Origin: Myxococcota bacterium
GTDB taxonomy: Bacteria > Myxococcota > SpSt-1050
NCBI GenBank assembly: GCA_049969675.1
Contig: JBMFOP010000006.1
Location: 1 to 53,428 of the forward strand
Direction: 5' to 3'
Length of the DNA: 53,428 nucleotides
Under the pieces are notes generated by a model. The model searched no databases and was not told where the DNA came from. It saw only the letters and a program-made list of their open reading frames with translations. Below are positions 40,763-49,431 of the stretch, piece after piece. The translations under genes were made by a program, and so were the position numbers. Each line of letters starts with the position of its first letter. Positions within the stretch are counted from its first letter, which is position 1.

Positions 40763-43132
40763 TCAGTAATCAATATTACTCTTGGAATTGGGGTTGAACT
40801 TTTGATTTAGCGGCAGTACATTCTTTCTATCATTATTTCTATAAAGGAAGTTGTAAATCCCATAGGTCTGTAATACCCTCTTTACATAATTTCTCGTCTC
40901 CTTATAGGGAATCTCTTCAATAAAGAGGTCCAGGTCCAGATCCCTATTTTTCTTTAACCACCTGTCCACTGCACCGGGCCCAGCATTGTATGCAGCAATG
41001 GCAAATGGCAATTGATTATTAAACTTTATCAATAATTGATTTAAATACCAGCTCCCTAATCTTATATTTATTTCAGGGATATCCAGCATATCCGCATCAA
41101 AATTCTCCATATTTATAGATTTTGAAATCAGACTTCCCGTTTTAGGCATAATCTGCATCAGTCCCTTTGCACCTGCTGGCGAAATTACAGCAGATCTAAA
41201 ATGACTCTCCTCTCTCATAATTGAAAGAATCAGGAGCGGGTCAATTGAATTGCTATGTGCATTTTCAATCACATAATTTAAGAATGCCAGTGGAAACATC
41301 TTCTTCCAGAATCTTACTTCAGCAGCAGATGGACGATTCAAGATATTCTCCACAAAGAATCCTCTTAATGCCTTCATACTTCCATAATAATCTCCAGCCT
41401 TATGTTTAATGCCTGCAATGAAGTAGATAACCTTATAATCGTTATTGAGCTTGATATTAATATAGTTTAACTCGCGATGAGCATATCTATCAAGTCCTAC
41501 TCTAATGAGCTGTAGTGCCTTATTTATTCTTAAGATACCTTCCTGCGCCAGAACAAATCTCTCGGGCTGCTCTGAAATAGATAGATTATCAATATCAAGA
41601 GGAAAACGTGCTTCAAAATTGGGAAATGCAATCTCCTCATTAAATATCTCTCTTAGACGATTCTGTGCCATAAATGAATAATAATTGAGAGGAAAATTCT
41701 CAATCAGATTTATATAATGTTCTCTACACTCATCTCTTCTATTGAGGATACAGGAAATCTTTGCAAGGAAATATATAGAGGCTGGTTTCTCCTTCTCTGT
41801 ATTTTGAATGGTCCTCTTTATTTCATAAAAATATTTATATGCCTCCTCATAACATTTATTTTTGAAGAGCGTAATCCCCAAAAACCAGAGGGCATCCAGT
41901 CTCTTTGATGACCTTTTGTATTTATTCACAAATTCCTTAAAACCCTTAATAGCCTCATCATATTTCCCATCATTGTATTTTAGCCATATAGAGAGATATC
42001 TTGCCTCATCTGCATATTTTGATTTAGGATATCTATCTGCAAGTTCATTATATAACCTGATTGCCTCACTATTATCTGTCCCTCTCTTTGCAAGTTGGGC
42101 AATTTTATATAATAAATATGCCTTTGTATCGGCGGAATAGTAGCTGTCATTTAACATCTCTTTATACATCTCTCTTGCAGTGACATTTTCCTTTGTATTT
42201 GCATAACAATCTGCCATTTTTATTTTAATTTTCTTCTTTATCTCCACTGATTTCTTGTCGGTCTTTTCCTCAAGCAGATCTAATATCCTCTTATATTCAT
42301 CCAAAGCATTTCCAAAGAGTTGAAGTGAAAAAAGTTTATCTGCCCTTTTTAGTCTTGACACCGCATCTGGATAATATTTTAGATTTTTTGTAAGCATATC
42401 ATAGACATCAGATGAGAAGATTGAGAGAGGAAAATCTGTATATATCTTCAAGAGGTGTTCATAGGCACCCAATTTGTCATCAAGGGAAAGATATGCCTTT
42501 GCTATATTATAATTAAGATACTCTTCAATAAAAGTTCCATTCTCTATTTTATCTTTTTTTTCAAGCAAAGTATTACCGAGTTCAATTATCTCTTTATAAC
42601 GATTTTGAGCGATATAAATATCAAGTCTTAAAAATTCAGAATCTGTTGAAAGGATAGTCGCTGGATACTCTGTCGGGATACTTTGAATAATCTCTTCTGC
42701 CTTTTTATATTCTCCATTTTTTACAAGTGTATATGCAGTAAAATAGCTTCTATAATCCTCAAGATATGGGAGATAGATTATAGATTCAAGGTAACCGTAT
42801 GCACGACTATAATCCTGAAGCACTATAGATGAAATTGCAGCAATGAAAAGGGCATAATCTCTGAGCTCCGGATTTGTAGATATGAGTAGATAATCCTCCA
42901 TCTTTCTGAGTGCATTCTCGTAATCTTCTATCTTATAATAATAATATCCCTCTTCAAAAAGAGAATCATTGGATGTAATATTAAATGACAGATTAAAATT
43001 GACTACCCTATCTGCATAGTTGATAAATTCTATATCTTCTTCGTTCTTTACATCAGTAAGCTCTTCGGCATAATTAACAGGTAAAAATATGAATATGCAA
43101 GACAACTGAATAAGACAAAAGAACCACCTCAT
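40763..43132 (-). CDS. Soluble lytic murein transglycosylase (Slt70-like, TPR + SLT)
   Basis: TPR array; IMREES.F, SPAGAKGLMQIMP.T, AAYNAGPG, E.IPYKETRNYVK. Confidence 0.92.
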   Translation of the reverse strand: MRWFFCLIQLSCIFIFLPVNYAEELTDVKNEEDIEFINYADRVVNFNLSFNITSNDSLFEEGYYYYKIEDYENALRKMEDYLLISTNPELRDYALFIAAISSIVLQDYSRAYGYLESIIYLPYLEDYRSYFTAYTLVKNGEYKKAEEIIQSIPTEYPATILSTDSEFLRLDIYIAQNRYKEIIELGNTLLEKKDKIENGTFIEEYLNYNIAKAYLSLDDKLGAYEHLLKIYTDFPLSIFSSDVYDMLTKNLKYYPDAVSRLKRADKLFSLQLFGNALDEYKRILDLLEEKTDKKSVEIKKKIKIKMADCYANTKENVTAREMYKEMLNDSYYSADTKAYLLYKIAQLAKRGTDNSEAIRLYNELADRYPKSKYADEARYLSIWLKYNDGKYDEAIKGFKEFVNKYKRSSKRLDALWFLGITLFKNKCYEEAYKYFYEIKRTIQNTEKEKPASIYFLAKISCILNRRDECREHYINLIENFPLNYYSFMAQNRLREIFNEEIAFPNFEARFPLDIDNLSISEQPERFVLAQEGILRINKALQLIRVGLDRYAHRELNYINIKLNNDYKVIYFIAGIKHKAGDYYGSMKALRGFFVENILNRPSAAEVRFWKKMFPLAFLNYVIENAHSNSIDPLLILSIMREESHFRSAVISPAGAKGLMQIMPKTGSLISKSINMENFDADMLDIPEINIRLGSWYLNQLLIKFNNQLPFAIAAYNAGPGAVDRWLKKNRDLDLDLFIEEIPYKETRNYVKRVLQTYGIYNFLYRNNDRKNVLPLNQKFNPNSKSNIDY

Positions 43133-43163
43133 ACATTGAATTTTATCTCACAAAGGCCAACAT

Positions 43164-43682
43164 TCAATTTTTTTGTGATTGAATCTCTTCTATCTTCTTC
43201 TTAATAATCTGACTATTGGGCTCAAATGCAAGAGCGAGTTTTAAATTCTTTAAGGCATCCTGTGGTCTATTTTGCATAAGTGCCGCCATAGCCTGTGTAT
43301 AGAGCTTCTTTGCCTGAGGAGACAATATATCCTCCTTTACCTCCTGTTTTGCATCATCTTCAATAAATCTTATCTCCCTCTTATCTCTTCCTTTGGCAAG
43401 CTGTTGGTCATATCTCTTTCGTTTCTCAAAATCCCTTAAAACGATGTATGCCTCAGTTATGAGCTTAGATATCTTTAATATCCTCTTCTTGAGTTCAGCA
43501 TCTGCCAGATTAATGAAGTTGTCGGGATGAAAGATCCTCGTCTCTCTATAATAAGCCTCCTTAATCTCGGCGGCATTGGCGGTTGGCTCTACTTTCAGTA
43601 TCTGATAGTAATCCATTTCATCAATAGCCTCTGAAAGGATTAAAATCTCTTCTGCAGTTAAATTGCCCATAATTTCCTCCAA
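43164..43682 (-). CDS. J-domain protein with C-terminal TPR
   Basis: DYYQIL.V, FHPD, EAY.VL.D..KR..YD; one C-terminal TPR-like helix pair. Confidence 0.88.
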   Translation of the reverse strand: MEEIMGNLTAEEILILSEAIDEMDYYQILKVEPTANAAEIKEAYYRETRIFHPDNFINLADAELKKRILKISKLITEAYIVLRDFEKRKRYDQQLAKGRDKREIRFIEDDAKQEVKEDILSPQAKKLYTQAMAALMQNRPQDALKNLKLALAFEPNSQIIKKKIEEIQSQKN

Positions 43683-43686
43683 ATAT

Positions 43687-45291
43687 CTATTCCTTTATCT
43701 CCGGGAGATTACTTCTATCTCTATCAATAGTAATTTCCTGTGCGAGGTCCTGAGACATTGCCACCTCTTCTTCTGATAGGCCCGCATTGAGATATATGGT
43801 TGTAGATTGCTCTGCCCCTGTCTCAACATCTCTTGCGGAGACATTTACTATTCCATCACTATCTATATCAAATGAGACCTCAATGGTGACCTCTCCTCTT
43901 GGCGCAATCTTAAATCCACTGAACTCAAATTCACCGAGTAATTCACACTCATCAGCCTTGTTGGATTCACCCTGTAAAACTCTGATTCTTACTCTATCCT
44001 GATTATCCCTTGATGTTGTAAATTTCCTCTTTCTTTCAATAGGAAGAGGTGAGTTCCTCGGTATTATAGCATCTGTAAAACCTCCGACTGTAGCAATCCT
44101 CAAAGTAAGAGGTGTTACATCCAGTAAAAAAGTACTCTTCTTCTTTTCATCTAATAATGAGTCTCCCTGGATGGCTGCACCGATCGCTACCACCTCATCT
44201 GGATTTATCCCATATAGTGGCTCTTTCTGGAAATAATATCTTACATAGTCCCTCACGATTGGAAGTCGAGTTGGACCACCTACGAGAATTACACCCTGAA
44301 TATCACCAATAGTTAATCTGGCAGATTGTAATGCCTCGTCGCAGACCTTAAATGTCCTCTGGAGTATTGGTGTAACCATCTCTCTAAACTGGTCGGAAGT
44401 AATCACTGTCCTGAAATCTCTCGGTTTCCCATCTGAACCAATAAATAGATGTTTTATATTTACTTCTACCCTGTCCTGTGTGCTAAAACCTATCTTGGTC
44501 TTTTCTGCATAATCCCTGAGTCTCTGAAGAATATGTTTATCCTGAACCGGGTCAAATCCAAACTGTGATTTTACAAGTTCTATAAAATGCTCAAGAATCT
44601 TTATATCCATATCATCGCCGCCGAGATATGTGTCGCCAGCGGTAGATAAGACCTCAAATACATCATTGCCTATATCAAGGATAGATATATCAAATGTTCC
44701 ACCTCCGAGATCATATACAGCAACTTTTTGAGAAATACCTTTACCAAAACCATAGGCAAGCGCTGCCGCCGTTGGCTCATTAATTACACGCAGGACCTCA
44801 AGACCAGCTATCTTCCCCGCATCTTTTGTTGAATGTCTTTGATTATCATTGAAAAAGGCTGGTACAGTTATAACCGCCTTCTTTACCTGAGTCCCAAGAT
44901 AATTCTCTGCAATGGTCTTCATCTCTCTCAACACAAAGGCTGAAATTTCGGGGATAGAATATTGCCTTCCATTTATTAAAATTCTAACAGAGGAATTTGG
45001 TCCTTCAACAATCTGATACGAACATAGAGACCGCGCCTTCTTTACCTCTTCCGAGAAAAAATACCTTCCAATCAATCTCTTTGCAGAATATACAGTATTT
45101 TCTGGATTGCTGATAATTCTTTTCTTTGCCTCATTTCCAACAATTACTCTATCGTTTTCGAGGAAAGAGACAACGGAGGCGTGAATCTTCTCTCCCCATT
45201 CATTGGGAATTACAGTAGGCATGCCATCAATGACAGTAGCCACACAACTATATGATGTTCCAAGGTCAATGCCTATTACAGGTTCTCTCAT
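43687..45291 (-). CDS. Secondary Hsp70/DnaK paralogue without the helical lid
   Basis: GIDLGT, VITVPA.F, INEPTAAA, YDLGGGTFD, LVGG.TR, NPDEVVA.GAA, LLDVTPL; only 534 aa. Confidence 0.93.
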   Translation of the reverse strand: MREPVIGIDLGTSYSCVATVIDGMPTVIPNEWGEKIHASVVSFLENDRVIVGNEAKKRIISNPENTVYSAKRLIGRYFFSEEVKKARSLCSYQIVEGPNSSVRILINGRQYSIPEISAFVLREMKTIAENYLGTQVKKAVITVPAFFNDNQRHSTKDAGKIAGLEVLRVINEPTAAALAYGFGKGISQKVAVYDLGGGTFDISILDIGNDVFEVLSTAGDTYLGGDDMDIKILEHFIELVKSQFGFDPVQDKHILQRLRDYAEKTKIGFSTQDRVEVNIKHLFIGSDGKPRDFRTVITSDQFREMVTPILQRTFKVCDEALQSARLTIGDIQGVILVGGPTRLPIVRDYVRYYFQKEPLYGINPDEVVAIGAAIQGDSLLDEKKKSTFLLDVTPLTLRIATVGGFTDAIIPRNSPLPIERKRKFTTSRDNQDRVRIRVLQGESNKADECELLGEFEFSGFKIAPRGEVTIEVSFDIDSDGIVNVSARDVETGAEQSTTIYLNAGLSEEEVAMSQDLAQEITIDRDRSNLPEIKE

Positions 45292-45422
45292 AAATCCTCC
45301 TGAAGAAGGGATTAATGCTCTTAAGTAGTTACAGACTAAAACAAATTTTCTTTTTTGTCAAATATACTGATTTAGAACCGTTTTGGTCGATGATGAACCA
45401 AAATAATAAGGAGAATTATACT

Positions 45423-45652
45423 ATGGAATATATCTATGCAATAAAAAGAAAAAGAGCATTAGCACATTTTAATATGAAGAGGCTGACCCAATGAAAATAA
45501 AAATTATTGTAAAGTGTGCATGTGCATTTTTGACACCCTCATTTAATAGGGCTCTGGCAATTGGATATTCAGACCATAAAAAAATAACACCTCGTACATA
45601 TAGTGAGGCAGTGAATAACAATATTTACTATGATTTATTTGGAATTCATTAA
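45423..45652 (+). pseudogene. Internally deleted nitroreductase remnant
   Basis: AAGGAG SD, then MEYIYAIKRK / SISTF / EEADPMKIKIIVKCA..LTPS fused to LAIGYSD...PR...NIYYDLFG*, with frameshifts. Confidence 0.5.
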
Positions 45653-45671
45653 ATTTGTAAAACTTTTTGAA

Positions 45672-45700
45672 TTGACTATCATCTTAATATCAGGTACTTA
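45672..45700 (+). promoter_or_regulatory. Candidate sigma70 promoter of tpx-sod
   Basis: TTGACT-17 bp-TACTTA; AAGGAG SD. Confidence 0.3.
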
Positions 45701-45722
45701 ATTACTTAACAAGGAGAGTATT

Positions 45723-46232
45723 ATGGAAAGAAAAGGTATCATTAAAGTGAATGGTAACCCTCTGACATTATTGGGTAATGAGATTAAAGAAGGCGATGTA
45801 GCTCCATTCTTTCATGTTTTAGATAAGGACCTGAAAGAAGTAGATTTAAGGGGCTTTGCAGGGAAGAAGATAATGATAAGTGTTACACCATCTCTGGATA
45901 CCCCGGTATGCGACTTACAGCTCAAGAGATTTAACAAGGAGGCAGCAGAATTTGGAGATGATGTGGTCGTGCTGAATATCAGCGTTGACCTCCCTTTTGC
46001 TATTGCCCGCTTCTGCAATGCAAATGGAATAGATAAGGTACTCACCCTTTCAGATTATAGAGATGTAGATTTTGGAACTAAATATGGGGTATTAATAAAG
46101 GAGAATAGACTTCTTGCAAGGTCAATATTTATTATTGGTAAGGACGGTAAAATCGCATATAAAGAGATTGTACCCGATATTACACATCATCCTAATTATG
46201 AAAAGGCTTTAGAGGAATTAAAAAAATTATAG
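45723..46232 (+). CDS. tpx: Thiol peroxidase (atypical 2-Cys peroxiredoxin)
   Basis: PSLDTPVC, SVDLPFA..RFC, LLARS, HPNYE. Confidence 0.95.
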   Translation: MERKGIIKVNGNPLTLLGNEIKEGDVAPFFHVLDKDLKEVDLRGFAGKKIMISVTPSLDTPVCDLQLKRFNKEAAEFGDDVVVLNISVDLPFAIARFCNANGIDKVLTLSDYRDVDFGTKYGVLIKENRLLARSIFIIGKDGKIAYKEIVPDITHHPNYEKALEELKKL

Positions 46233-46247
46233 TAAAGGAGGTATTTT

Positions 46248-46826
46248 ATGTCTTACACAGCAAAGGATTATTCAAAACTTGTTGGAATGAAGGGATTTTC
46301 AGAGGCACTTCTTAAAAACCATTTTACCCTTTATCAGGGGTATGTAACAAATACAAATAAGGTTATTGAGGCAATTGAAAATCTCGCTAAAGAGAAGAAG
46401 TTTTCAACACCCGAATTTGCAGAACTCAAGAGGAGACTCGGCTGGGAGTTTAATGGAATGAGACTACATGAGTACTATTTTGAAAATCTGGGCGGTGATG
46501 GAAAGTTGAATCCAGTGAGCAGACTCTTTAAGAAGATTGTTGAAGATTTTGGCTCTTATGAAAACTGGATAGCAGAGTTCAAGGCGACCGGAGCAATGAG
46601 GGGTATAGGGTGGGTAGCCCTCTATCAGGACCCGATAAATGGAAAGTTGATGAACTTCTGGATAAATGAACACGATGTCTCTCATCCAGCAGGAGCAAAT
46701 CTCGTACTTATAATGGATGTCTTTGAGCATGCATTTATGCTTGATTATGGATTGAAAAGAGCTGATTATATAGAGGCATTTTTCAATAATATTAATTGGA
46801 CTGAGGCAGAGAAGAGATTGAGATAA
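46248..46826 (+). CDS. Fe/Mn superoxide dismutase family protein (ChrC-like subgroup)
   Basis: HFTLYQGYV, LHEYYFENL, DVFEHAF.LDYG. Confidence 0.9.
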   Translation: MSYTAKDYSKLVGMKGFSEALLKNHFTLYQGYVTNTNKVIEAIENLAKEKKFSTPEFAELKRRLGWEFNGMRLHEYYFENLGGDGKLNPVSRLFKKIVEDFGSYENWIAEFKATGAMRGIGWVALYQDPINGKLMNFWINEHDVSHPAGANLVLIMDVFEHAFMLDYGLKRADYIEAFFNNINWTEAEKRLR

Positions 46827-47105
46827 TTTTTATAGCAAAAGTTTACGATTTCTTACATTCTTACTATTACCTAATCTAATCGATTTTTTAGGTGAAAAAA
46901 TCCACCTGTTGAGTTAACCTGCTGAAAATATTTGACAGAAAATACAGTCTGGGCTTTAACACAATATCACCCAACAGGTGGGAGGTTATTGTGAAGTTCT
47001 TTAACACATCCAGAGAGATCTTCAAGCAAAAAATTGATTCTGTAGAAGTTACCAATCCGCAACAATACAAAAAATCGCTCAATTTAGGTATTAATTTTTA
47101 AGATA

Positions 47106-47621
47106 ACCACAAAGATGTTCGGGATGATTTAAAAAAATATTACTACTGTTATATCTTCTTTTGGGACATAAATTCGCATTTTGAAAAGCAGGTTACTCCT
47201 TCCTGTTTTTCATTACTAAAAATACTATCCAGTTAAAATATCTCATAAAAACAGCTTTCTAATAATCATTTGTCCCTCTAATCTCCACATCAGAAACCAT
47301 TTAAAACACATTAAATTATTTCCAACAACTAAATTTCTCTATTCCCCTTTCTGTTCATATCTCTCACCACCTTAAAAACTCATTCTCTGATAATATCTGT
47401 GTAATTTGCTTTGCCAACTGAAAATTTTTAATGCAAACCGCAGGGGGACTGGTTCATCAACCAAAGGTTTCTATAAAACTACCACTTTCCACTCTTATAG
47501 AAGGTTTTTAGTATGAGTGGTGTTTATTCAAAGGAAGCCAGCCTTCTATGTTTTTGTTTGACAAAATAATATACCCTGCTGTGCATTCCATATTAAAAAA
47601 ACTATTCTGGACAGATATGAA
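47106..47621. mobile_element. Decayed IS/MITE-like element, copy B
   Basis: 47168 ATAAATTCGCATTTTGAAAAGCAGGTTA vs 34193 is 25/28; further colinear blocks run to CTATTCTGGACAGATATGA. The left boundary is approximate. Confidence 0.5.
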
Positions 47622-47765
47622 ATAATTTATTCATTAGGAGATATTAAGTAATTTTGAATGACTCTGGATAGATTTTCCAGATTCAAAGTAAATCAGCAGA
47701 ATTAAAATTGTTATTGTAAAAATTCATCACTTCAACTATTATAGAGCCGTTTAGTGGAGGTGAGT

Positions 47766-49337
47766 ATGATAAAAAATACACTCATTATTTTTTCGCTTTT
47801 AATATCTTTTGTAGTTTATGCTCAGGAACCTGCAAAAATTAAACCAGCCCAATCTATGGGGACTCCGAGGGCATATCATGAAGGCATATTCATCCCCATT
47901 GAAGGTTCTTATCTGGTCTGTGGTGGCAAAAATGGCAATACCACTCTTAAAAGTTGTGAATTTTTCTCTCTTACAAATATGAGTTGGTCAAATGGCCCAA
48001 CAATGAAAGTAGAACGAAAGAATCCGCCTCTTGCAAATATTTTTGCCTTATCCAAACAAGGGTCTGAAAAGGGTTCAATCCTCATCGCTGGAGGAGTTGA
48101 TAGTTCAGGGAATTCAATGATAAAAGTTGACTTTTATGATATACAGACTAAATCCGTTGATGATTTCAAACAACTCCCAGTCCCTCACTCTGGTGGAATC
48201 TCATTCTTTAATCCAACTGAGGAGCCACTTATACTTGCGGTAATGATAGGTCCCGGTATCAATATCACCAAACTCTTAATTGCCAACAATGACATCAATT
48301 GGGTGCAATCTCCAAATAGCCTTCATTACCCAAGAGATGGACATAAATTTGTCGCTATACCAGACTATAGGATTCTCATAGTTGGTGGTGGAAGTGAAAA
48401 GATGGAAATATATAATTATAAAGATGATACTATAAGCGAGGCAAAAGACACAATAATAGACATTACAGGACATCAGATAATAAATATGAGCGATAGTCGT
48501 ATATTAATTGCAGGTGGAGTTGATAAGAACGGAGTGATAAACCAGAATACATATATATATGATCCAATCAACGATTCACTTTCAACTACTTCTCAGATGA
48601 ATATTCCGCGAAAAGATTTCAGACTCACACTTCTACACAATGGGAAAGTGCTCGCATCAGGGGGAATAGATAAAGATGGTAATGCAATATCAAAGCTTGA
48701 GATATTTGATCCAGCATCTGGAAGATGGAGTGAGACATTGAGCCTGAATTTCCCCCGTGCAAATCATACAGCAGAGTTAATAGGTGCAGAGGGGGTACTG
48801 ATATGCGGCGGTAATACTGGCGAAAATACTGCATCTATTAAAAATTGTGAAATATACTCACCTGAAAAGATATGTACACCCGGTTCATTCTCCTGTGATG
48901 GCAACTGGATTGTGAAATGCAATTCCTTTGGAGATGGAACAAATAAAACCAATGAATGCGCCGGTGGATGCAAGGATGGCCAATGTATTGGGGGATGTAC
49001 AGAGGGGGAGAGAAGGTGTCGTGATATAGGGGTAAAGATCATTGTAGAGATATGTAATGCCACTGGTGGTTGGGTACTTCTGGAACGGTGTGAAGAGTCC
49101 TGCAAAAATGGGTATTGTGATGGTCAGATCCCACCGAGGGATGCTGGTGTAAATGACTCAGGTAGAGATACACTGATATCTGATTATTATATTGAGGACC
49201 ATCAAACAGCAGATGAAGTTTTAGTTGAAGATATAATAATAAATTCCGATAATGGCATTATACCAGATGCCGCTATTTCAGACTCTTTTAATAATAGTAA
49301 CCCTTCAGAAGGGTGTAGTTGCAATCTGATTGAATAA
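47766..49337 (+). CDS. Secreted Kelch-repeat protein with Cys-rich modules and a GCSC tail
   Basis: GGAGG SD and signal peptide. Kelch repeats (PR..H, LL.NGKVLASGG, E.FDP...W), two C..G...C modules, Asp-rich linker; ends EGCSCNLIE. Confidence 0.85.
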   Translation: MIKNTLIIFSLLISFVVYAQEPAKIKPAQSMGTPRAYHEGIFIPIEGSYLVCGGKNGNTTLKSCEFFSLTNMSWSNGPTMKVERKNPPLANIFALSKQGSEKGSILIAGGVDSSGNSMIKVDFYDIQTKSVDDFKQLPVPHSGGISFFNPTEEPLILAVMIGPGINITKLLIANNDINWVQSPNSLHYPRDGHKFVAIPDYRILIVGGGSEKMEIYNYKDDTISEAKDTIIDITGHQIINMSDSRILIAGGVDKNGVINQNTYIYDPINDSLSTTSQMNIPRKDFRLTLLHNGKVLASGGIDKDGNAISKLEIFDPASGRWSETLSLNFPRANHTAELIGAEGVLICGGNTGENTASIKNCEIYSPEKICTPGSFSCDGNWIVKCNSFGDGTNKTNECAGGCKDGQCIGGCTEGERRCRDIGVKIIVEICNATGGWVLLERCEESCKNGYCDGQIPPRDAGVNDSGRDTLISDYYIEDHQTADEVLVEDIIINSDNGIIPDAAISDSFNNSNPSEGCSCNLIE

Positions 49338-49431
49338 TATGACAGTTTTTTCATATTTATCTTATTATGGATGGAAATGGGTTTGATTCAAAATAAATAA
49401 ACTTTATAATAGGTTGTAGAAGGAGGCAAAT

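Noticed and set aside
43687-45291. Calling this the housekeeping dnaK
   Set aside because: It lacks the lid, has no grpE/hrcA or full-length dnaJ nearby, and the substrate-binding loops are divergent.
45459-45465. TTAGCAC as a CIRCE element near the dnaK paralogue
   Set aside because: Only a partial half-site; no GAGTGCTAA arm.
46888-47082. 64-aa minus-strand ORF
   Set aside because: TTG start, no SD, no recognisable features.
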